From positions 864,001 to 928,000 of the forward strand of contig CBDCXM010000009.1 in NCBI GenBank assembly GCA_965223855.1: 64,000 nucleotides of DNA, written 5' to 3'. Shown here one piece after another: positions 17,087 to 26,541 of the stretch. The notes under the pieces are model-generated. The model searched no databases and was not told the origin of the DNA. It saw only the letters and a program-made list of their open reading frames with translations. Numbering within the stretch: the stretch's first letter is position 1; each line of letters opens with the position of its first letter. The position numbers and the translations under genes are program-made. The DNA comes from Candidatus Multivoradales bacterium (GTDB lineage: Bacteria > Acidobacteriota > Thermoanaerobaculia > Multivoradales > JAHEKO01).

Positions 17087-19039
17087 GACGCCGCCGCCTT
17101 GGCGAGGATGACGTCCGCCGCCTTCTCGCCGATCGTGTAGATCGACGAGACGATGAAGAAGCCGGGGATCTTCGGGAACACCGAGGCGTCGACGATCCGC
17201 AGGTTCTCGACCCCGTGGACCTCGAAGTCGCCGTTGACGACGCCGTTCCTGTTGCGCGGTCCGATCGGGCAGGTGCACGAGGCGTGGTGGCCCCAGGCAC
17301 GGTCCTTGACCCACTGGGCGATGCTCGGCGTCGCTGTGCGACCCCCGGGCCCCGGGCGACTCCTCCTCGGCGATGGTCCCGTCGGCCAGCAGCGGCGCCG
17401 TCATCTTGCGAACGAAGCGGATCCCTTCGACTACCGCCCGGACGTCGTCGTCCGATTCGTCGTTGCCCTCGTCGAAGTACTTGAAGTTGATTTCCGGGGT
17501 ATCCCTCGGGTCCGCCGAGCGGAGCCTGACGTAGCCGGACGTGTTGTTGGTGTGCGCCTTGAGGATGGCCCAGGTGAGGTAGTTGAGGTTCCTGGCGAAG
17601 AGCGACGAGTAGCTCGGGAAGTAGCCGCGGAAGAGTCCGAGCAGCCCGAAGACAAAGAGGTCGGGCAGCGGCCGCTCGGGGAGGGAGCGTTTGATGACGG
17701 CAAGCACCGCTCCGTTGGTCGTGTAGACACCGCGCCGCTTCTTCCACTGCTCGAACTGCGGATCCCCCGGAGCGAACTTCGCCCCCTGGAGCACTTCCCA
17801 GGTGTCGAAGTTCATCCGGTTGACGATGCCGACTTCGTAGCGATCCTGGAGATTCTGTCCGACGCCCGGCAAGGGCACGAGACAGTCGATCGAGTGCTCT
17901 TCGAGGTGCGCGGGGTCTCCGATGCCGGAGAGCATCAGGAGTTGCGGGGTGTTGAAGGCGCCGCCGGCGAGAATCACCTCGCCATCCGTCATCGCCTGGC
18001 GCACCTCGCCACGGTCCTGAGAGGGGTCGAAGCTCGCTCGATAGAGGCGCGACCCTTTGAGGTACTCGACGCCGACCGCGCGCGTGCCGTCGAAGAGTAC
18101 CCGCGTCGCCAGAGCGTCGAGTTCGATCGTCAGCGGGTGCTTCTTCGCGACCTCTAGGAGGCGCTCACGGGTGCCGTTGCGCCGGCGCTTTCGCGTGGCC
18201 AACGGCGGATAGCGCAACCCGGTGGCGTTGCGCTGCGTGAGTCGCCAGTCGTTCGGTTCGCCCTTACCCTCGATGAACCAGCGGATCCGGCTTTCCTTGC
18301 TTCCTCCCTCGAACTTGATCGCCGCCTTCGCGGACTTGCGGATCGTGCGAATCAGCTTGCGGTCCTTGATCAGAGCGAGGAGGGGGATCGCCTTCTCGGT
18401 ACTGAGCCAACCCTTGAACCCGTGCTTGGACGGGTTGAGACCGAGCTTGCTCAGGAACCGGAGAAACGGCCGGTAGTGGCAGTTCTCCAGGCGCTGGAAG
18501 TACCTGCGCATGTTCGGCGTAGACCAGGAGCGGTCGCCGGTGAGGCTCTCGATGTAGTCCCAGTCGGCGTTGTGCGGGTAGACGGTGATCATGGCGTTGT
18601 GCGCCGTGCAGCCGCCGAGGGTTCCGGCGCGCGGGTAGAGGATGCCGCGAGCGGGCTCCTCCACAGGGCCGACCGCGACATCCGGCCGACCGCCTTTCCC
18701 TGTGACCGGATCCTTCGGCGGCTCGCTCTCCTGTGACCAGTCGTCGCTGTACTTGGGGTCGCGCTTGCGCCGCTCCGGGTCGGAGTAGTGATCGACGAAG
18801 AAGTCCCACTTCATCGCGTTGTTCTCGGACGAGATCGCGTGGAACACCGGCACCTGGTAGTCCTCCGGCAGCCGGTTGTTCTCCGGATCGACCGCGTCGG
18901 CCCCCTGGAGGTGGATCGGGTCGCCGCCCGCTTCGAGCAGCAGCACCCGCTTGCCCGCCTCGGCGAGGCGCGCGGCCACGGTGCCGCCGCCGGCGCCCGA
19001 GCCGACGACGATGTAGTCGTACCTGGTCTCAGTGCTCAT
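17083..19039 (-). CDS. GMC (glucose-methanol-choline) oxidoreductase, one frameshift near 17320-17360
   Basis: YDYIVVGSGAGG FAD motif, PRAGTLGGCTAHN, AGGAFNTPQLLMLSGIG, VGQNLQDR. The C-terminus WGHHASCTC...LRIVDASVFP...IGEKAAD is in another frame and ends at TGA 17083. The 1041-aa ORF is an artefactual fusion. Confidence 0.88.
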
Positions 19040-19071
19040 CCTGCACTCCCCTCTCGACGATGTGCCCCGAC

Positions 19072-19096
19072 CCGCACGGCGGGAATCGCTGTGCGG
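19072..19096. other. Intergenic stem-loop between the diheme gene and the GMC gene
   Basis: ccgcacggcg-ggaat-cgctgtgcgg: 10-bp arms with 9 matches. No U-tract. Confidence 0.4.
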
Positions 19097-19127
19097 ACCG
19101 GGGAGGAAACTCGGATCGTCATCACGC

Positions 19128-21661
19128 TCAGAGTGTCTTCAAGTACTCGATCAGCGCCCACTTGTCGTCGTCCGACAGCCCAGGCTCCTGATCGAACCAG
19201 TCGGTGCCGAAGTAGTGGCCGCGGTTGACGACGAAGTCGGGACACTTGTTGAGCGCCAGCAGGTCGGGCACCAGGTTCGAGAAGGCGCTGCGCGCCTGCT
19301 CGTCGCTGGCGTCCTGCGGCAGATGCTTGAGATCGCGAATCGCGGTCTTGAGGAAGTGCACCAGCATCTTGGCGTGCTCGGCGCGCGCCGACAGGCTGCG
19401 GTCTTCCGACAGCGGATTCAGGTTCGCCAGCAGATTGACCGGAGTGCCGGCCGGGATCGGGCCGAGCTCGATCGCCTGCGTCCTCGAGGTTGACCCACGG
19501 GAAGAAGCGGGCGATACCGCCGAGTGCCTGGAGGCTTCTTCGGCAGGTAGCCTACCGGCACCTTGAGATAGCTGCGCTCGGTGGTGCGGTACATGTAGCC
19601 CGGCAGATCGACGGCGATCGAGTCGGGGAGCCCCAGCTCGGCGACGTGCTGGCGGTCGGTCTTGCGCTTCTCCGGCCACAGCATCTTCTGGATCGAGTCG
19701 TCGAACGACGCCATCCGCGACTCGACCGACGGCAGATAGTGGAAGTCGCCGACCGAGTTGTTGAGCAGATAGGGCGCCTGCGACCACAGGCTGATGAGTG
19801 ACGCGGGCCGCGTGTAGCCGCGGCCGCCGCCCGGCATGTCGTACTCGTAGGGCTCACCGGTGAACGGATGGTGCACCGTGTACTTGCCGACCGCCGGCAG
19901 CTCCTTGTAGGTCTGCGACGAGAAGTTGTCCCAGATGTCGTTGGCGATCGCGTTGGTGGCGAGCGGCGAGCAGGCGTTGGTGCCCAGAAGCGTCACCGGG
20001 ATCCGCACCTCGGTTGACAGAAAGTTGTCGGCGAGGAAGTCGTCCGCCATCACCATCTCGGTCATCGCGGTCTTGAACTCGTCGGTCTTGGTGTACTCCC
20101 AGTAGGCGTCCCACTCGTGAGGGCGTCTTGCCCTCGGGCAGCTCCGGCAGCTTGCCGGAGTGGCAGCGGGCGCAGGTCTGGGCGAACACCTCCTTGCCGC
20201 GGGTCATCTGCGGATCGTCGTCGGCGATCAGGTACTCCTCACCGCCCGGGGCATCGCGCAGGTAGTCGGGCGGTGCCGTCCTGGCGAAGAAGAGCGCCAC
20301 GTCGGGTGTCTGGAGCTCGTTGGCGTTCCAGTAGGTCGAGTTCTCGCGCGCCACCGAAATCTCGATCGGAGTGATCACCTTGCCGCCGATCAGCTGGTTG
20401 AAGTGCAGCAGCCACTCCTCGCTGAAGAGACCGATGTTGAGGTAGACCGGTTGAGCGCTCCGAGAATGCCGACCGCGTCGGCGCCGTCCTTGAGGACGTG
20501 CGGGGTGAGCACGGTGTCCGGCGCCTCGAAGTACTCGGAGAGGAACTTCGTCTGCTCGTAGTCGTTGAACTGCGCGTTGTCGAGACCACCCCCCGCGAGC
20601 TTCTCGCGGCCGTACTTCTTGGCCGGGCCGAGCCGTGCGCCGATCGAGTAGACGGCGTTCATCGTGCGCGGGTTGTTGATGTTGTCGGTCGATACGAACG
20701 AGGTGTCGAGCGCGCCCGGCGGCGAGGTGTGGAACAGCTGCCAGGCGAAGTTGGTGGTGTCGGGGTCCCAGAAGAAAATGCGGTCGATCCAGAAGTACTG
20801 GGCGCCCGGATTCGACGTCAGGTTGGCCCACTCCGGGTTCTCGGCGTCGGCCGGCGGGTTGGTCGGGTCGGGCCCGACGTGGCAGAAGCCGCACGACATG
20901 CCGACGCGGTAGGGGCGCACCAGGTCCTTGTCGTTGTAGTAGGACGGGTCGGTGTAGAAGCGATCCGGGTCCCAGTTCGCCTCGGCCTCCTCGTCGAACG
21001 CCGGATTCGGGAAGACCCTCAAGCCGACGATGCCGGAGGCGTAGCCGTAGTAGGAGCCGGCTTCGATGTTGTCGCCGCGCGCGCCGATCTCGACGCCCGG
21101 GTACTTCTCCTCGTTCTCGAACGGGTCGGGCGGGCAGTCGCCGTCGCGCACGTCGAGCCACAGGCCGTGGCGGTCCTCACGCCCGGAGGTGGCCTTCGAG
21201 AAGCACGGTTCGTTGACGAGGCCGAAGTACTTCCAGCGGTTGTCGCGACTCGCCTCGTACCACTTGCCGGGGCCGTCGTCGCAGTAGGAGGCGGGGTAGG
21301 TCTCCCAGCCGTAGTAGGCGTCGCCGCAGTACTTGAGACTGGGGTGCGACGACAGGGTCTTCAGCAGGTCGATGGAGCCGAAACTCGTGTTGGCGAGGTG
21401 GTCCCAGAAGCGGTCGTTGCCGGCCGTCCAGGCGATCCAGTTGTTGCGGCCGATGACCTCGTTGCGGGTCAGCTCGACCCCGCGGTCCATGTCGTGGAAG
21501 TAGTCCTCGTCGGCGCCGGGAAGGTCCTCGGCGCTCAGTCCGGCGAGCATCGCCTCGTCTTTGACTTCACCCGGCTTCGGGCCGTGATCCCTGAGGCGGT
21601 TGAAAACGACGATCCCGACGATCAAGGCCAGGATCAGTCCGATGACGACCAGCGCTTTCAT
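19128..21661 (-). CDS. Membrane-anchored diheme cytochrome c enzyme (RoxA/MauG/bCcP superfamily-like), about 845 aa, broken by about 4 frameshifts
   Basis: ATG 21661 after GGAGGAG, N-terminal TM. Heme motifs CGFCH and CARCH, LISLWSQAPYLLNNSVG, NRGHYFG, LSDDDKWALIEYLKTL. Pieces lie in ORFs 20390..21706, 19854..21161, 19418..20065 and 19128..19787. Shifts near 20448, 20120 and two in 19480-19540. Confidence 0.75.
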
Positions 21662-21820
21662 GTCTCTCTCCTCCCCGATGAGTTGTCGATGCGTATGCCC
21701 GGGCACACGATCGGTGGAGCAGGTTCACGAGCGCGCCGGGGCCTCTCCCGGGCCCGGCGGTTGTCGTCGTGAACCTCCGGCGGCTCGAGCCGCCCGATGA
21801 CGCCTTGAAGATTTGTCAAG

Positions 21821-21850
21821 ACGGTATGAATCTTTTCGTGCAAGTGTCAA
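21821..21850 (-). promoter_or_regulatory. Putative sigma70-type promoter for the diheme/GMC/DUF4331 operon
   Basis: Minus strand TTGACA (21850-21845), 18 nt spacer, TACCGT (21826-21821), in an AT-rich patch. A second TTGACA lies at 21819-21814. Confidence 0.55.
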
Positions 21851-21953
21851 GTCCGGAGTTGCGCCGGTTCCGGTGCCGGAAGCTGAATCGGGCCTCTGTA
21901 GAGACAGGCCCGTGAGCCGCGACTTCGTTACGCGCGGCGGTAGGATTCGCCGG

Positions 21954-23339
21954 ATGCGAAGGGTCTCGACGGGGTGGATTCGCGCGGCCGCGGGTGTCGC
22001 AGCTGCCGTCGGACTGTCGCTGGGCGTGGCCGCCTGTTCCGGGGCCGGAGCGCGTCTCCCCGAGGGGTACCCGGCGCCGGAGCGACCGGTGGTCCTCGTT
22101 CCCGGCATCACCGGCTCGGCGCTCAGGACTCCCGAGAGGCGGGTCGCCTTCGGCACCGCGCGACAGCTCTTCCTGCCCCGTGACGGCGGCTATCTCCTCA
22201 CCCGGGCGCTCGACGGCTCGAGCCCGGCGTTCGATGCCTTCGACCTGCTCCGCGAGATCGACCTCGGGTTCTATCGCAAGCCGATCTACCAGCCGTTGAT
22301 CGACCTGCTCGGCGCGGTGGGCTACCCGCTCGGCGATCCCGAGCGGCCGACCGCGAGTCCGCAGCTCTATCCGTTCGCCTACGACTGGCGCCAGGACAAC
22401 CTCGACAACGCCGCCCGTCTCGCCGTCACCTTGAGGCGGATCGCCGACGCCTCCGGCGGGCGGGTCGATCTGATCTGCCAGAGCAACGGCGCGCACCTGT
22501 GTCGCTGGGCAGCGCGCTACGGCGAGCTGGGGCTCGAGAAGGCGGAGAGCGTCGAGAAGGGGGCGGAGATCGCGGTGCACCGCCCGCCGCTCGGGCGCCT
22601 CGTCCTGGTCGGCACCTCGAACGGCGGCAGCCTGCGGATCCTCCAGGAGATGAATCGCGGGCGACGCTATCTGCCGCTCGTCGGCCGGCGCTTCCTGCCC
22701 GAGACCTTCTTCACCTTCCCGTCGCTCTACCTCGACCTGCCGTTCGACTCGACCGATCTCTTCGTCGACGCCGCCGGCGAGCGGCTCGACATCGACCTTC
22801 ACGACTCCGCGTCCTGGGAGCGCTACGGGTGGTCGATCTTCGCTCCCGAGAGCAGCGTGCGCGCCGACCGGCACAGCGGGCTCTTCGGTACCCGAGAGGA
22901 GCGCCGCTCCTACCTCGAGCGGCAGCTCGAGCGTTCGCGCCGCGCCCAGACGCTCCTCGGCACCGGCGTCTCACCGCCGGACGCGGTGAGCTATCACCTG
23001 ATCGAGAACGGCTCGGCGCCGACGTCGCGACGGGCGATGGTCGAGCGTCGCGGCGCACGCTGGCGGACCCTCTTCGCCGGCGACCGCGGAGTGACGGCGG
23101 CGGCCAGGCGGCGGCTCACGGAGGCGGGAGACGGTCACTCGGTGCTGGCGAGCCAGCGACGTCTGACGCCGGCCGAGGCGGCCGTGCTGGCGCCGCCGAA
23201 GGCAGTCGGCGGCGGCCACTTCGAGATGCTGCAGGAGGCGGAGACCGAGCGCTATCTGCTGGATGTGCTGGCGCTGCCGCTGCCGCCGGCGTCGTTGGCT
23301 GCCGGCTCCGGGAACGCCTCCAACCCGTCGTCGAAGTAG
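21954..23339 (+). CDS. Lipoprotein, LCAT/lipase-like alpha/beta hydrolase
   Basis: Lipobox LGVAAC, VVLVPGITGS, FAYDWRQD, elbow LICQSNG, GTSNGGS, GDGHS, GGHFEM. TAGGAT lies 7 nt before ATG 21954. Confidence 0.78.
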   Translation: MRRVSTGWIRAAAGVAAAVGLSLGVAACSGAGARLPEGYPAPERPVVLVPGITGSALRTPERRVAFGTARQLFLPRDGGYLLTRALDGSSPAFDAFDLLREIDLGFYRKPIYQPLIDLLGAVGYPLGDPERPTASPQLYPFAYDWRQDNLDNAARLAVTLRRIADASGGRVDLICQSNGAHLCRWAARYGELGLEKAESVEKGAEIAVHRPPLGRLVLVGTSNGGSLRILQEMNRGRRYLPLVGRRFLPETFFTFPSLYLDLPFDSTDLFVDAAGERLDIDLHDSASWERYGWSIFAPESSVRADRHSGLFGTREERRSYLERQLERSRRAQTLLGTGVSPPDAVSYHLIENGSAPTSRRAMVERRGARWRTLFAGDRGVTAAARRRLTEAGDGHSVLASQRRLTPAEAAVLAPPKAVGGGHFEMLQEAETERYLLDVLALPLPPASLAAGSGNASNPSSK

Positions 23340-24247
23340 CGCCGCAGCACCTCGGCCAGTGCCGCCGGGCTTTCCTCCATCGGCAGGTGGCCGATGCCGG
23401 GGAGTTCGACGAACCGGTAGGCGGAGAGGACACGGGCGGCGCGGCGGGCGGAGTCGGCGGTGATGAGGGTGTCTTCGCTCCCCCAGACGAGCAGCGTCGG
23501 CAGCTCGATGTCGGCCAGCTCGACCTCACCCTGCGGGTCACGCAGCGGGGCGGTGAGCCCCCAGAAGGCACGCGGCGTCCCCTCGATCGTCAGTCTCTGG
23601 TGGTAGGCGTCGACCAGCTCTTCGGTGACGATCGAGTCGTCGGCCGTCGAGCGCTGGAGCCCCTCGCGCACCCGGCCGCGCCGCAGATTGAGGCGGACGA
23701 AGGCGCCGGCCAGAGGGCGGAAGGCCGCTGCCGCGCTGCGTCGAGCGCTCGGATAGTCGGGGGCGGCGAGTCGACCAGCGTGAGCGACGAGAAGCGCTCG
23801 GGGGCGCGCGCCGCCAGCGCGCTCGAGATCGAGCCGCCGTAGGAGTGACCGACCAGGTGGGCTCGCTCGATACCCAGCGCGTCGAGCACGCCGATCACCA
23901 TCTCCCCCTGGGCGAAGCGCGAGTAGGCGGCCCGCTCGCGCGGCCGTCTCGTCAGCCCGAAGCCGTGAAGGTCGATCGCGAGCACCCGGTAGCCGCCGGC
24001 GACGAGATCGGCCGAGACGTCCCGCCACGAGTAGGTCGAGGCGCCGAAGCCGTGCAGCAGGACGACCGCCGGCCCGATCGCCCGTGTCCTCGACGTGCAC
24101 CAGCCCGTCGCCGACCTCGACGAAGCGGCCGCGGCCGAGCTCCCGGCGGGCGGTCTCGAACGGGGTGAAGCCGACACAGCCGCCAAGGAAGGCGGTCAGC
24201 ACGACAGCGACGAGGACCGATCGCGGCGCGACAGCGATGCGCTTCAC
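23252..24247 (-). CDS. Lipoprotein alpha/beta hydrolase, two frameshifts (about 24080 and 23765)
   Basis: VKRIAV...FLGGC lipobox, LLHGFGAS, DLHGFG, GHSYGG, LVWGSEDTL, GHLPMEE. Pieces lie in ORFs 23252..24646 and 23590..24186. Confidence 0.8.
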   Translation of the reverse strand: MKRIAVAPRSVLVAVVLTAFLGGCVGFTPFETARRELGRGRFVEVGDGLVHVEDTGDRAGGRPAARLRRLDLLVAGRLGRSRRRRLPGARDRPSRLRADETAARAGRLLALRPGGDGDRRARRAGYRASPPGRSLLRRLDLERAGGARPRALLVAHAGRLAAPDYPSARRSAAAAFRPLAGAFVRLNLRRGRVREGLQRSTADDSIVTEELVDAYHQRLTIEGTPRAFWGLTAPLRDPQGEVELADIELPTLLVWGSEDTLITADSARRAARVLSAYRFVELPGIGHLPMEESPAALAEVLRRYFDDGLEAFPEPAANDAGGSGSASTSSR

Positions 24248-24255
24248 GTCGGCGC

Positions 24256-25678
24256 CTAAGGCTCGCTCGGAGGAGCCGGGAATGCGGCGATCGCGTCGCG
24301 GTAGCTGCGGGCGCGTTCCAGCGCGGCGTCGCGATCGACGGTCAGCACCCGGCGGTCGCGCACGACGATTCGCCCGTCGACGATCACCGTCTCGACGTCC
24401 GCCGCTCCGGTCGAGTAGCTCAGCAGCGAGTACGGGTCGAACCACGGCTCCTGATGCGGCGCATCGGTCGTCACGACGATCAGGTCGGCACGCTTGCCCG
24501 GCTCGAGCGAGCCGATGCGCTCGTCGAGATCGATCGCCTGCGCCCCGCCCAGCGTCGCCATGTGGAGCGCCTCGTAGGCGTCGACGACCGTCGGGTCGCC
24601 GGTCGTCACCTTGTGCAGCTTGGCGGCGGTGTCGATCTCGTCCCACAGCTCGAGGTCGTTGTTGGACGCCGCGCCGTCGGTGCCGAGACCGACCGCGACG
24701 CCCGCCTCGAGTAGCGCCGGAACCGGTGCTACTCCGGCGGCGATCTTCATATTCGACTGCGGGCAGTGGGCGACGCCGACGCCACGCTCGGCCAGAAGCG
24801 CGATCTCCTCACCATCGGGCCACACCATGTGCGCGGCGAGCATCCGATCGTCGAGCACCCCGAGGCGGTCGAGCCAGCGCACCGACGACGTGCCGGTGCG
24901 CGCGGTCACCGACTCGATCTCCTTGCGGTCCTCGGCGAGGTGGATCAGGAGCGGGGTTCCGAGTTCGGCGGCGAGGGCGTGCGCCTCGCGCAGGTGCGCG
25001 TCGGAGACCGTGTAGGGGGCGTGCGGCGCCACCGCGGCGACGATCCGCTCGTGGCCGCGCCAGCGCTCGACGAAGCGACGCGTGGCGGCGACCATCGCCT
25101 CCCAGCTCTCGTTGTCGGGTGCCGGGAAGTCGATCAGCGTCTGTCCGAGCACCGCGCGGATGCCGCACGCCTCGGCCTCCTCGGCGATCGCGTCCTCGAA
25201 GTAGTACATGTCGACCACGGTGGTCACGCCGCCCATGAGCAGCTCGACGCACGCCAGCCGGGTGCCCCAACGGACGAACTGCTCGTCGACGAACTCCGCC
25301 TCGGCCGGGAAGATGTGGTTCTCGAGCCAGTCCATCAGCTCGAGATCGTCGGCGATGCCGCGGAAGAGCACCATCGGCAGGTGGGTGTGAGCGTTGACGA
25401 GCCCCGGCAGGACGACGCGGCCGCCGGCGTCGATCCGCTCGACGGCCTCGAACTCCGCCTCGATCTCGCTGCGCGGGCCGACGGCGACGATCTCGCCGCC
25501 CTCGCACCGCCACCGCACCGTCATCGAAGCGCGCGCGCTCGGCGTTCATCGTCAGCACCGTGCCGCCCGAGACGATCAGATCGACCGTCTCCGGTTCGGC
25601 AGCACCCGGGAGCGTCGCGAAGGCGAGCAGGAGGGCGACGCTGGAAGTGCGCAGCCGGGCCGAGGTCGCCGTCCACAT
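24256..25678 (-). CDS. Amidohydrolase, MTA/SAH deaminase (MtaD/AtzA-like) family, frameshift near 25505
   Basis: PGLVNAHTH, APHAPYTV, IHLAE, AHMVW, HCPQSNMK, GLGTDGAASNN, GSLEPGKRAD. The N-terminus with signal peptide is in ORF 24809..25678. Confidence 0.85.
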
Positions 25679-25740
25679 GGTCGGGCGATCCTGTCACAGG
25701 GGCGGCGACCTCTCGGCGGTGGCTCTGAGAGACTGACAGC

Positions 25741-26541
25741 ATGAGGAAGGTCGCTCCATCGGCGCGAGGATGGCTCTTGCTGGTCTGCGTCTTCTGCGCC
25801 TCCTGCGGCTTGCTGCCGAGCGATGGAGGAAGGGTTCTCCAGGCTCACCTCGATGAGGTGTGGGCGAAGTGTCGCGTGCCGATCGGCGAGCGGATGCGGG
25901 TCGCGGGCGACCCGAACGGACCACCTCCCGCCGGCGCCCTCGGCGAGCGGCAGCTCGACGAGCTTCGCAGGTGGGAGACGGCGGGTTTTGTGACCCTCAT
26001 GCCGATCGGAGGCCCGGTGAGGGCTACCGCTTTCGACCTCTGCTACTTGGCGCGGGACTGCTCGAAGAGTTGGCCGGAAGCCGTGGTCGGGGCCGTTCCC
26101 ACCGAGGAGGGATTGAGGAGGGCCAGTATCGAGAGCTCTGAAACCTCTCCGAGTGGCAGGATCCTGGTCGCCGACTGCGGCAGCGTCGAGGTCGTTCGGC
26201 TGCTGGACGACGAGCTGTTCGAGAGCGGTGAGAGTCGCTACCGAGTGGTGGAAGCGGTCGTCCGCCGCGAGCCCAACGACACCTGGTCTCAAATTCGGCG
26301 ACGCGACCTCTCACAAGGGCGCAGCCGCTTCGCCTTGCGCCAGCTCTTTCACCTCGACCCCGTGGAGAGCGCCTGGGTAGCGACGGAGGACTTCGACCTC
26401 GGCGATGCGACCGGCGTCTTCGACAGCAACTTCGTCGGGCTGTCGCTGGCGGGTCGCGGAATTTCGCATCCCTGGTCAGAAGCGAGGGCGGCAGAGATCA
26501 GGCAGCTCTGGCGCCGGCCGCTCGAGGGCGGCGTCGAGTAG
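25741..26541 (+). CDS. Hypothetical lipoprotein
   Basis: N-terminal WLLLVCVFCASC lipobox-like signal. Fills the gap between flanking genes. Confidence 0.5.
   Translation: MRKVAPSARGWLLLVCVFCASCGLLPSDGGRVLQAHLDEVWAKCRVPIGERMRVAGDPNGPPPAGALGERQLDELRRWETAGFVTLMPIGGPVRATAFDLCYLARDCSKSWPEAVVGAVPTEEGLRRASIESSETSPSGRILVADCGSVEVVRLLDDELFESGESRYRVVEAVVRREPNDTWSQIRRRDLSQGRSRFALRQLFHLDPVESAWVATEDFDLGDATGVFDSNFVGLSLAGRGISHPWSEARAAEIRQLWRRPLEGGVE

Noticed and set aside
15914-19039. Apparent novel 1041-aa GMC-DUF4331 fusion
   Set aside because: The true GMC C-terminus (WGHHASCTC...GEKAAD) is in another frame and stops at 17083, overlapping the DUF4331 ATG. The fusion results from a frameshift.
23252-23339. 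88-nt convergent overlap of two hydrolase genes (also 26476-26541)
   Set aside because: Both tails are low-complexity extensions, common in GC-rich genomes, and lie in the indel-prone segment.
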